Shown here piece by piece: positions 1 to 8,375 of a stretch of 27,878 bases of DNA. Under the pieces are notes generated by a model. It ran no database searches. It was not told where the DNA came from and saw only the letters and a program-made list of their open reading frames with translations. The stretch comes from Candidatus Bathyarchaeia archaeon (lineage in GTDB: Archaea > Thermoproteota > Bathyarchaeia > Bathyarchaeales > Bathycorpusculaceae), in the NCBI GenBank assembly GCA_050012755.1, contig JBEKGO010000033.1:1-27878 (forward strand). Direction: 5' to 3'. Within the stretch, counting starts at the first letter, position 1; each line of letters starts with the position of its first letter. Position numbers and translations under genes: made by a program.

Positions 1-117
1 AATCCCTCAGATAATTCCTACAATGTTAATCTCGGTGGCAATTATCATTTAGTAAATGGCACAGCAGTCTCGAGCATCAATCTGGGCGCGTGGAGCGGAG
101 TTGTTCTTTTACCCTAA
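1..117 (+). CDS. 3' end of a CDS entering the window (NPSDNSYNVNLGGNYHLVNGTAVSSINLGAWSGVVLLP*); resembles C-termini of putative glycoside-hydrolase-like proteins
   Basis: Frame 1 is open from base 1 to tandem TAA TAA at 115-120. The family resemblance is from memory only. Confidence 0.5.
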   Translation, partial: NPSDNSYNVNLGGNYHLVNGTAVSSINLGAWSGVVLLP

Positions 118-711
118 TAAATGGGCAAAAATACTCCGAAGAATAATCTAGTAGCAGGCATGCGAACCAGCAAGATTGACACGCTATACGACAGACCCCA
201 AAAATCAATTCATCGAAACGATTGATATATGAAAGTTTCTTGGTTTCCTTTGTAGCCTCGAGTATGGCAAGATACCACCCAAAAGTCATGGAATTCGATT
301 TTATTGGGCGAGAAAAAAGAAATGGCGGGCTTCGCCCTTGCCTCAAGCGCTCGCTAGAGCGACGTTGGCTGATTAGCGACTAAAGATTCTATTCTTGGCT
401 TCCAAGTAGGACTTTCATTTCTCAGGTACTTGGCAAGTAACATAGCCTCTTCTCAGGGGCAGGTTCACCGTAGTGACAGTGGTAAAAAAAAATTAAAATC
501 CAGTCTTTTTCTCTCTCTAGTGGTCGAAATCTCTTTAGAAAACAATTGCCAAATTTTGAACAAATACTTAAAGTCAAAAAATATACATATCATGATAGAT
601 TGATATTACTCCGGCTATGTTAGAGTCTTTGTTTGCTCTCTGGATGAAGGCACCGCTTGGAACCCCAGCTTTTAACCCTTTTTTTAGGGTCTTTTGATTA
701 ATTTTGGGATT

Positions 712-870
712 CCATCCAAAACGAAACCCGCATCCAAGAAACCAAAACCACACACATAGAATACCGAATAATCGAGTGGTAAACCATGCAGATCCCGCCT
801 TTAACCTTCTCAGACCTAAGCTTGCTGCTAGCCGTGAACGCCATTACTCTCCTTATAACTGCGGAACTCG
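712..870 (+). repeat. 159-bp direct repeat, copy 1 (copy 2 at 2571-2729)
   Basis: CCATCCAAAACGAAAC...GAACTCG aligns without gaps at offset 1859, with 3 mismatches by eye. Confidence 0.95.
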
Positions 871-960
871 CCCTGAGCTATCAATACCTAACATATCTCC
901 CATAAACAAGAAAGATCCCCAAAGCGTAGCTCTAATAATGCATACTGTTGCTAATAACAG
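786..960 (+). pseudogene. frameshifted paralog of the small membrane protein at 2645-2860
   Basis: MQIPPLTFSDLSLLLAVNAITLLITAEL is identical and is followed by a stop after 39 codons. Similarity continues in another frame (INKKDPQSVALI vs INKKKLRTAALI). Confidence 0.75.
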
Positions 961-1011
961 TATACCAGAATAATCAATATAATATTCCGCTAAAACGTAA
1001 AATACGGATGG

Positions 1012-1665
1012 TTGATCAAAGTGTCAAAAAACCTAAGCCAAGTCACAAAAGACCAAATCAAAGACCTCATCGTCAAAACAGTCAAACAAGAAAAGCCCGA
1101 AACAGCAAAACAACTGATCGCCTTAATGCAACAAAATCACGCCATAACACCCGAAGAAACAAGCAACCTGCTCATTGAACTGGAAAACGAAAATCGCCTA
1201 CGCTTTACAAGGCACGAACTGTCTAAACCCTCATCCGCAAGGGAATATATTTTCTCAAAACAAGCTACATGGTATTGGACAACTATATTGCTTGCCACAG
1301 TAATCACGATTGCAGTGTTCACCATTACGGGAGATAGCGTCCCACTCGTCTTTTTTCGGTATTCACTTGGCATCATTTTCGTTCTGTTTTTGCCAGGTTT
1401 CACACTCGTAAAGGTTCTCTTTCCGGCTAAAATTCCACTAAAAACTTCCTTAGAGAGCACGGATATGATAGAGCGCGTGGCGCTGAGTTTCGGAATGAGT
1501 CTGGCACTTGTGCCAATAGTTGGTTTGATATTGAACTTTACGCCTTGGGGGATAAAATTAACGACAATAATCTTGAGCCTGATAGCGTTAACAGTCGTTT
1601 TCGCCACAGCGTCAATCCTCCGAGAACACCATACAAAACTGGGTCCAGCCCAAACCAAACGATGA
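1012..1665 (+). CDS. DUF1616-type archaeal membrane protein
   Basis: Motifs FVLFLPGFTLVKVLFP and IERVALSFGMSLALVPIVGLILNFTPWGI; 4 hydrophobic segments. Confidence 0.85.
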   Translation: MIKVSKNLSQVTKDQIKDLIVKTVKQEKPETAKQLIALMQQNHAITPEETSNLLIELENENRLRFTRHELSKPSSAREYIFSKQATWYWTTILLATVITIAVFTITGDSVPLVFFRYSLGIIFVLFLPGFTLVKVLFPAKIPLKTSLESTDMIERVALSFGMSLALVPIVGLILNFTPWGIKLTTIILSLIALTVVFATASILREHHTKLGPAQTKR

Positions 1666-1695
1666 ATAACGAGTCAAACAAAAAAAATTCTTTGA

Positions 1696-1757
1696 CGCAA
1701 CCTGCTTTTTCCATACCAAAAATGTTGAATGGCAGCAAGAAAATGGAAAGAGCAAAA
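1696..1757 (+). repeat. degenerate copy of the 60-bp core element
   Basis: CGCAACCTGC at 1696 and GAAAGAGCAA at 1746 lie at exactly the consensus spacing. The middle is diverged and no 10-mer array is visible. Confidence 0.5.
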
Positions 1758-1852
1758 ACCAAACAACAGGATTTGGACGACGCTCGATTTTTGGATAAAT
1801 CTTAATATCTTAAGCAAGCAATAAAAGAACTCTAATCAAAAGTGAGCTGAGA

Positions 1853-2638
1853 ATGGCCCCACAAAAACGAACGATCTCTAGCCAGATAATCATTTTTGCT
1901 ATGCTATTGTTAGGCATCGGGTTAGTGGTAGTTTCAGCGTTTTATGCTTCATCGTTTTTAGCCCTACTTGGCGTGTCAATCATCTTCTGGGGAGCCATGC
2001 TCCTCTACGTTACGCCTTCCAAACACGTGCCTTTAACATTGCTAAACGCTTCCGCCGAAGCAGTTGTAGCAAACATCGAACAACTAATCTTAGAACTAAA
2101 CCTGACCGAAAAAGGAATCTACTTGCCTCCACAAAACCTTAGGAATGTTGATTCCAGCCTCATATTCATTCCTGGAACCCTCAAAACTCCGCTATCCACA
2201 CCTGAAGAATCAAACGGGAAAATACTCGTCCCAACTAGGTTTTTCCAACAACATCCCGGCGCCTTTTTTACACCGCCGGGATCGGCTCTTGCACGCATTT
2301 TTGAAGAGGAACTAGGCTTTTCATTTACAAAAACAGGCCTTAAACAAATTCAAAACAAACTTCCAAAATTACTCGTCGAAGATCTGGAACTCGCGGAAAA
2401 CGTCGAAATCCGAATCCAAAGCAACGCCGTCACCATGGAAATAACGGGCAGCATATTCAACGAAATTTGCATACACACCGATTCCCAGCCGAAAACTCAT
2501 AAGCAGGTCGGGTGTCTCCTGAGTAGTGCAATTGCATGTGCCTTAGCCAAAGCCACAGACAAACCCATAACCATCCAAAACGAAACTCGCATCCAAGAAA
2601 CCAAAACCACACACATAGAATACCGAATAATCGAGTGA
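1853..2638 (+). CDS. hypothetical membrane protein (2 N-terminal TM helices, C-terminal C..C region reminiscent of V4R-like domains)
   Basis: 261-aa ORF with a hydrophobic N-terminus and EIC...GCLLSSAIACALAK. Confidence 0.8.
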   Translation: MAPQKRTISSQIIIFAMLLLGIGLVVVSAFYASSFLALLGVSIIFWGAMLLYVTPSKHVPLTLLNASAEAVVANIEQLILELNLTEKGIYLPPQNLRNVDSSLIFIPGTLKTPLSTPEESNGKILVPTRFFQQHPGAFFTPPGSALARIFEEELGFSFTKTGLKQIQNKLPKLLVEDLELAENVEIRIQSNAVTMEITGSIFNEICIHTDSQPKTHKQVGCLLSSAIACALAKATDKPITIQNETRIQETKTTHIEYRIIE

Positions 2639-2729
2639 TAAACCATGCAGATCCCGCCTTTAACCTTCTCAGACCTAAGCTTGCTGCTAGCCGTGAACGC
2701 CATTACTCTCCTTATAACTGCAGAACTCG
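2571..2729 (+). repeat. 159-bp direct repeat, copy 2
   Basis: See 712-870. Confidence 0.95.
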
Positions 2730-2860
2730 AATCACCCTATTACGGCCTAACAAACCTTACCATAAACAAAAAAAAATTACGGACTGCTGCTTTAATCACT
2801 GGCATACTGTTTTTAATAACTTTCGTCATCAGATTAATTGAGCTAGTCGCTCAGTCCTAA
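2645..2860 (+). CDS. small two-TM membrane protein
   Basis: 71-aa ORF starting 6 bp after the upstream stop; two hydrophobic helices separated by NKKKLR. Confidence 0.8.
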   Translation: MQIPPLTFSDLSLLLAVNAITLLITAELESPYYGLTNLTINKKKLRTAALITGILFLITFVIRLIELVAQS

Positions 2861-3115
2861 CCAAAATGGCCATGAGGCACTCAAAATGATCAAGAAACGC
2901 TTCTAGAACACCTTGCAAAACTGGTTCTTATCAATTGCTAGATTGCGGTCAAATTTAGAATTTTGCTGAATCTACAAATTTTTCAAATTGCAACTGTAAA
3001 TTATTAGTTTTCATAAATAATGAGTATTTATCATAAATCCGCCTTTAGTCTTCAAAATTTAACCTCTAACTAGATTCTGTGCGCAAACAATATTAATTTT
3101 GGCCCCAAACGTTAA

Positions 3116-4111
3116 GTGAGTATTATGAACAAAACTTGTAGAAAGGTTCTTGTTACTGGCGGCGCGGGTTTTATTGGCAGCCACATAGTTGACAGACTGC
3201 TAAGAGAAGGTTTCGAAGTTACTGTTATTGACGATTTCTCAAAGGGACGTTTAGAGAACATTAATTCATATCTGGGAAGAAAAGACTTTCACTTAGTGAA
3301 AGGTGATATTCGAGATTTCAATCTTGTGAAAGACACGATGAAGGACGTCGATGCAGTTTTTCATGAAGCTGCGTTTGTGAGTATCGTACTCTCAATTGAG
3401 AATCCAGTTCTTGTAAACGATGTTAACGTAACATCCACCTTAAGCCTTTTGAAAGCCGCAGTAGATTCCAACGTGAAACGTTTTGTGTTCGCTTCCTCGG
3501 CCGCAGTCTACGGAGAAACAAAGTCACCCCTGATGGTAGAGGATATGGTTCCTGCCCCAACCTCACCATACGGTGTTTCTAAACTCGCTGCCGAGAGCTA
3601 TACACGAGCGTTCTATAAAACGTACGGTCTTGAAACTGTCGCCCTCCGCTACTTTAACGTCTATGGACCTAGACAGAGTTTTGACATTCAATCTAGTTAT
3701 GGAGGAGTAATTACTCTTTTCCTGAATAGGCTAATAAAAAACATGGACCTCGTAATCTACGGGGACGGAGAACAAACAAGGGATTTCGTTTACATTCAAG
3801 ATGTTGTCGAAGCAAACATGCTTGCGCTAAAAGGAAAGAGTGCTGCTGGAGAATTCTTCAACATAGGAAGCGGTTGCAGAACTACCGTAAATCAAGTTGC
3901 CCAGACAATCAAGACCTCATTAAACAAGAACGATATGAAAAACGTGTATGCTGTCCCTCGACCGGGCGAAGTTAAACATGGGTATGCGGATATAAATAAA
4001 GCTAGAAAGATGCTAAATTACACTCCCAGTTTTTCGTTCGAACAAGGCATCGCAGATCTTGTCGCATGGTACAAAACTCAGTTATCCCTTAACAGCGTAA
4101 AACACTCTTGA
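3116..4111 (+). CDS. NAD-dependent nucleotide-sugar epimerase/dehydratase (extended SDR, GalE/WbpP-like)
   Basis: VLVTGGAGFIGSH Rossmann motif, ASSAAVYG, YGVSK (YxxxK), LRYFNVYGPRQ, GDGEQTRDFVY. Confidence 0.97.
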   Translation: MSIMNKTCRKVLVTGGAGFIGSHIVDRLLREGFEVTVIDDFSKGRLENINSYLGRKDFHLVKGDIRDFNLVKDTMKDVDAVFHEAAFVSIVLSIENPVLVNDVNVTSTLSLLKAAVDSNVKRFVFASSAAVYGETKSPLMVEDMVPAPTSPYGVSKLAAESYTRAFYKTYGLETVALRYFNVYGPRQSFDIQSSYGGVITLFLNRLIKNMDLVIYGDGEQTRDFVYIQDVVEANMLALKGKSAAGEFFNIGSGCRTTVNQVAQTIKTSLNKNDMKNVYAVPRPGEVKHGYADINKARKMLNYTPSFSFEQGIADLVAWYKTQLSLNSVKHS

Positions 4112-4149
4112 AGATATCGTATACTCCTATAGCAAAATGCTTTAGTGTG

Positions 4150-4310
4150 CACTTGATTTCAATACAACTCGAGAAGGGCGATTTTCCCGTGGCTGAACGT
4201 ATAATGAGGCAAGTTTTGTGTTTACCCATTCATGCGGGCATAGTTGAAGAACAAATCAACTACATATCCCATACTTTAGAAAGGGTTATAGAAGAAATCG
4301 CCGTCCATGA
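4150..4310 (+). pseudogene. C-terminal remnant of a DegT/DnrJ/EryC1/StrS sugar aminotransferase
   Basis: GDFPVAERIMRQVLCLPIHAGIVEEQINYI matches the family C-terminal pattern. The PLP-binding core is absent. Confidence 0.75.
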
Positions 4311-4436
4311 GGAGAAAAAACCCAATAACAAGCAAGATCTCTCGCAACATAAGCGAGACCCTCTTTCTTAACACCATACTTTGCTTCAAAATTCTGAACA
4401 AATCAATTTCCCAATGCGTTGTTTTGGCGGTTAAGA

Positions 4437-5903
4437 TCACCTATTTAGGTGTTCGCGTCTATTTCTTTTCAAGATAAAAACCGAAAAAACTGTCACAGCG
4501 ACAAGGATCACCAGCATGTATGCTGGTAACAATTCTGGAATTATTGGAGAGGGCACCCCAGTTTGTGAAGATGAGGGCGAAATCGTTGGTGATGGCGACA
4601 TAAATGGGGAGCCACTTGGAATTACTGATCCGCTTGGAGAGGGGCCAGCAGAAGGCGACGGCGATGGAGAAGGACTCCCAGCAACGTGACCTACAGGTAC
4701 CACACAAAGCGTAATGATTGACGAAGCAAAGCCAAGCGCATTTCTCAATGTTTGTGCGCCGTTCCCATTCCAGGGTACTAAGCCATTGGTTACAGCATTT
4801 CCTGACAGGTTCACGACCGAAGACTCGAGCAGAATCTGCTGTACCACACATCCAGCGTCGACCTCAACCCACTCATGATCCAAAACGCCTCCGTCACCAG
4901 TGCTCCCACCATTGTAAGAAGAATCCACAGTCACCAGAAGAACCGAAGGAGCACTGGCAACCCAAGCCTGATTGTTACAGGCGCTGGCAATGGTGTTCCG
5001 CTGGTCGCCGGCTTGAACCAGCGAAAGCATATGGCTTTCGGATACGTACCTATAAGTTCCTGTCGAATTCGAAATGTAAACCACCAACGGATATATATCG
5101 TTCGCGCTTGGCGTGGTTCGGTGCCCCGTGGAAGAATAGCCGTAAGCTGCCCACAATAACTGAGAAAGCTCCTGCTGTGACAAACCTGCTCCAGTCCAAG
5201 ACTGAACAAAGCTCATGCCACTTAAAGCATCCACGAAAGATTCGGGGCTCGTCTGCACTTGCGGCAAATTCCCAGTCATGCGAACATAGTCAGGCGTGGC
5301 GCTTGGATAAGGAGAGATGGGAAAACCCATGGGCATAACCGCTATCGGAACCATAGAACTTTCCAATCCCAAATCACTCTGCAACCCACTCGAATCAATA
5401 CTCCCTACAAAAGTTGTACCCAACCCCTGACCAATCACCGCCAAATACACGTTTTGCGCCACACACCCCGCCTCCAATGAAGCCACGTAAGGACTACTGA
5501 CTTTTGTTTGATCCCAGACTAAGACCAAAACTACATTCGCGGTACTCGGCCAGCTCTGATCGAAATCAGGGCTAATCTTAGCAAGATTCGCCACGGCACT
5601 AAACATCGAAACCGAATTGGCTCCAGGATCATACCGATAACAGCCTGACGCATTCACGGCGAAGATGACCAAAGAATAATCGGACCCAACCTGAGGCACC
5701 ACCCTGCCAGAACCAAAACTCCCATATCCATCCTGCAAAACACTCAACAACTGCTGCCCAGAAACAGCATCAGAAGTGAAACTACGATCGGAGTACCTCT
5801 GACTCACAGTAACCTCAAAAGACGAAGCCCCGACAGTCCCAACGCCGATTAACAAACAAACCAAACAAAAAACAACCCAACCCAGAGCTCGCATGACTTC
5901 CAC
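4437..5903 (-). CDS. secreted, membrane-anchored tandem nitroreductase-fold (SagB/ThcOx-like) protein with a PEF-CTERM-like tail
   Basis: Signal peptide. Two homologous domains (RYSDRSF...EAGCVAQNVYL; LSQLLWAAYG..RTTPSA..YPL...DAGCVVQQILL). S/P-rich linker. IPEL + TM + basic C-terminus. Confidence 0.85.
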   Translation of the reverse strand: MEVMRALGWVVFCLVCLLIGVGTVGASSFEVTVSQRYSDRSFTSDAVSGQQLLSVLQDGYGSFGSGRVVPQVGSDYSLVIFAVNASGCYRYDPGANSVSMFSAVANLAKISPDFDQSWPSTANVVLVLVWDQTKVSSPYVASLEAGCVAQNVYLAVIGQGLGTTFVGSIDSSGLQSDLGLESSMVPIAVMPMGFPISPYPSATPDYVRMTGNLPQVQTSPESFVDALSGMSFVQSWTGAGLSQQELSQLLWAAYGYSSTGHRTTPSANDIYPLVVYISNSTGTYRYVSESHMLSLVQAGDQRNTIASACNNQAWVASAPSVLLVTVDSSYNGGSTGDGGVLDHEWVEVDAGCVVQQILLESSVVNLSGNAVTNGLVPWNGNGAQTLRNALGFASSIITLCVVPVGHVAGSPSPSPSPSAGPSPSGSVIPSGSPFMSPSPTISPSSSQTGVPSPIIPELLPAYMLVILVAVTVFSVFILKRNRREHLNR

Positions 5904-6324
5904 TTAAAGTACAATACTTCAAAACACTATAATAAATTAACCCCCAAAACAATCTTGCCCAAAATACCCTAACTCACACCAAACGCATTTTCTAAATGGA
6001 ACAAAAATTTCGCACAACATAAGTGAGAAACTTTTTTCCTATATCAAAGTGCCGCTACCTATTCTGCTTTTTAAAGACGCAGCAAACAGCGAGCACCTAA
6101 AATACACTCTACGACCGAAACGACTAGGCACGACGATCGATCGCTATCTACTCGAATTCGCCGCTCTTATTCCCCAAACTTACTCTATTTTGTAAGAGAG
6201 ATGAGTGCGGCTCGAGTGACTTACGCTATGCTCCGAAAAACGGATAAATGGTGACAACACACATCTTAAATTTATAGCTGCAGGCTAAACAAACAAACAT
6301 TAAAAAGTTTGAGAAAGAAGAAAG

Positions 6325-7908
6325 ATGAGCAAAGCTGCGGAAATGGCTAAGGTTTCAGCAAAAGGTAGTTTCCACCTTCTCTGGGGTCTAGTAGTCTCCA
6401 CAGTTATCTACTCAGTTGGCACAATTTTCGTCGCAAGGTTACTAGGGTCAGACCTATATGGCCTATATGGAATTGTTCTGACTGCACCAGCGCTCATAGG
6501 AATATTCCGAGACTGGGGCATTAACTCAGCAATGGTGCGTTACACCGCGCAATATCGATCAGAAGACAGAGAATCAGAAGTTAGGAGTATACTCACCTCA
6601 GGAATAGTCTTCGAAATAGCTTTTGGAATAGCGTTATCCGCGATATCTTTTGTCCTCTCAGGCTATCTCGCAACAAACATTTTCCACCGCCCCGAAATAA
6701 CCTCCTTAATGCAAATAGCCTCAATCTCAATCTTAGCCGGAGGACTCATCAATGCAGCCACAGCCGCATTTACAGGCATCGAAAAAATGGAACTCAACAG
6801 CATCATGCTCGTCTGCCAATCCATAATAAAAACCGCAATCATGATTACACTAGTCGTTTTAGGGTTAGGCACCTCTGGAGCAGTTTTAGGCTATACAATC
6901 GCCATGGTAATTGCCGGACTAATTGGTGTAGCACTTGTGTGGACTCAATATAAAGACCTGCCAAAACTAGGCAATGTTAAACTTGAAATAAAAGCGTACA
7001 CTAAATCGATGCTTTCATATGGTACGCCTCTCTCTCTTTCCGCGATTATTAGCGGCTTTCAGGGGCAATTTTACGCTTTTCTACTGCCAATTTTCTACGT
7101 CACCGACAATACCGTAATCGGCAACTACGGAATAGCCAATACTTTCGTCGTTTTAATAGCGTTCTTTGCGACGCCGATAACAACGATGCTGTTTCCGGCA
7201 TTCAGCAAGCTCAACCCAGAAAAAGACAAAACAACATTGTTAAACGTTTTCCAGTTCTCAGTCAAATACGCCTCACTCTTTGTAGTGCCGGTGGCGGCGC
7301 TAGTTATGTGTCTGTCTCAACCAGCAGTTTCTACTCTGTTTGGGGAAACATACTCGACGGCGCCTCTGTTTTTGGCGTTGCTAGCAATCAACTATCTTTT
7401 CACTGCGCTCGGAAGCTTAAGCGTGGGTAACTTTTTCAGCAGCCAAGGAAAAACCGCCTTCCTCCTCTATCTTACCCTAATCTCAGCAGCCATCGGTATC
7501 CCCATGGGGTACGTTCTAATTTTGCAGTTTGGGGTTTTGGGCTTGATTGTTACTTCCATAGTTTCTGGGGTTCCCTCCACCATCATATCGCTTTACTGGA
7601 TAAGAAAACAATACGAGCTAACTGTTGACTGGGTCTCGTCAACAAAAATTCTGCTATCATCCGCGCTAGCCGCTATCTTAACCTTCATCCTCATCTCAGA
7701 ACTGGGCTTCTCCAGCTGGATACGGCTAATCATCGGTATAATATTCTTCGCATTCATCTTCGTCACCGCCTCCCTTTTGACCAAAACAATAGACAAATCC
7801 GACATAGAAAACCTCCGCAGCATGGTAAGCGGCATAGGCATAATCGGCAAAATATCCACCCGCATCCTAGACATCATCGAAAAACTCATGAATACCCTGA
7901 AAACCTAA
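6325..7908 (+). CDS. MOP-superfamily oligosaccharide flippase (Wzx/RfbX-like)
   Basis: 527 aa with many TM segments; VARLLGSDLYGLY, DWGINSAMVRY, IGNYGIA, LFPAFSKL motifs. Confidence 0.93.
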   Translation: MSKAAEMAKVSAKGSFHLLWGLVVSTVIYSVGTIFVARLLGSDLYGLYGIVLTAPALIGIFRDWGINSAMVRYTAQYRSEDRESEVRSILTSGIVFEIAFGIALSAISFVLSGYLATNIFHRPEITSLMQIASISILAGGLINAATAAFTGIEKMELNSIMLVCQSIIKTAIMITLVVLGLGTSGAVLGYTIAMVIAGLIGVALVWTQYKDLPKLGNVKLEIKAYTKSMLSYGTPLSLSAIISGFQGQFYAFLLPIFYVTDNTVIGNYGIANTFVVLIAFFATPITTMLFPAFSKLNPEKDKTTLLNVFQFSVKYASLFVVPVAALVMCLSQPAVSTLFGETYSTAPLFLALLAINYLFTALGSLSVGNFFSSQGKTAFLLYLTLISAAIGIPMGYVLILQFGVLGLIVTSIVSGVPSTIISLYWIRKQYELTVDWVSSTKILLSSALAAILTFILISELGFSSWIRLIIGIIFFAFIFVTASLLTKTIDKSDIENLRSMVSGIGIIGKISTRILDIIEKLMNTLKT

Positions 7909-8059
7909 CTATAACTTAACGCAATTCTTTTAATATTCTGTTTTTTGAGACCTTTTCTGAACGGTCTAACCTCTTTTTCAAACTTTTTTCCGCAGTTTCT
8001 TTCTAGTCAGTCGTGACTATGTTACCAAGTTCACTTTTTGACTGAATTCAATTCGAACA

Positions 8060-8133
8060 CAATATTAATTTCTAAAACTCCAAACGTTAAATGAGTATTA
8101 TGAACAAAACTGATAAAAGGGTTCTTGTTACTG
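8060..8133 (+). pseudogene. upstream region plus first 14 codons of a second epimerase copy (MSIMNKTDKRVLVT)
   Basis: Aligns to 3088-3158 (CAATATTAATTT...CCAAACGTTAARTGAGTATTATGAACAAAAC...GTTCTTGTTACTG). Confidence 0.85.
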
Positions 8134-8247
8134 CAAAGCCGTTTCCAACAGCATTCTTTTTAGGATAGTGAAGCCGTGACTTACCTTCAGTTTTTTCTCG
8201 CCTAATCGTTCTCTGTAATTAATTGGTATTTCTCGGATCTTGAAACC
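8128..8247 (-). pseudogene. C-terminal remnant of a second GT2 copy (GFKIREIPINYRERLGEKKLKVSHGFTILKRMLLETALQ*)
   Basis: Aligns without gaps to 10648-10764, the 3' end of the intact GT2. Confidence 0.9.
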
Positions 8248-8375
8248 TAAAAGGTTGAACCATAAGACCGTCTGTAGTTATGAAATATTTGAGGAATGCT
8301 TGGTTGCTTTCATGAGCAGTGACAGACTGCATCTTAAGGTTTAAATAATAAGAAAATGAGCCAAAAATGGGCTTG

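Noticed and set aside
118-700. ORF 77-346 (-) and small hairpins (GGGCTTCGCCC near 327; ACCCT..AGGGT near 675) as an ncRNA or IS remnant
   Set aside because: No recognisable protein or RNA motif, and the hairpins are too short to be significant.
4459-5480. Overlapping ORFs within the nitroreductase gene, and similar shadow ORFs over DUF1616, the flippase, the P/T stalk, GT2, the cyclase and the vapC genes
   Set aside because: Antisense or alternative frames of well-supported genes, without motifs of their own.
6050-6260. CG-rich intergenic patch with CGATCGATCG
   Set aside because: No tRNA cloverleaf, extended stem or second copy was found.
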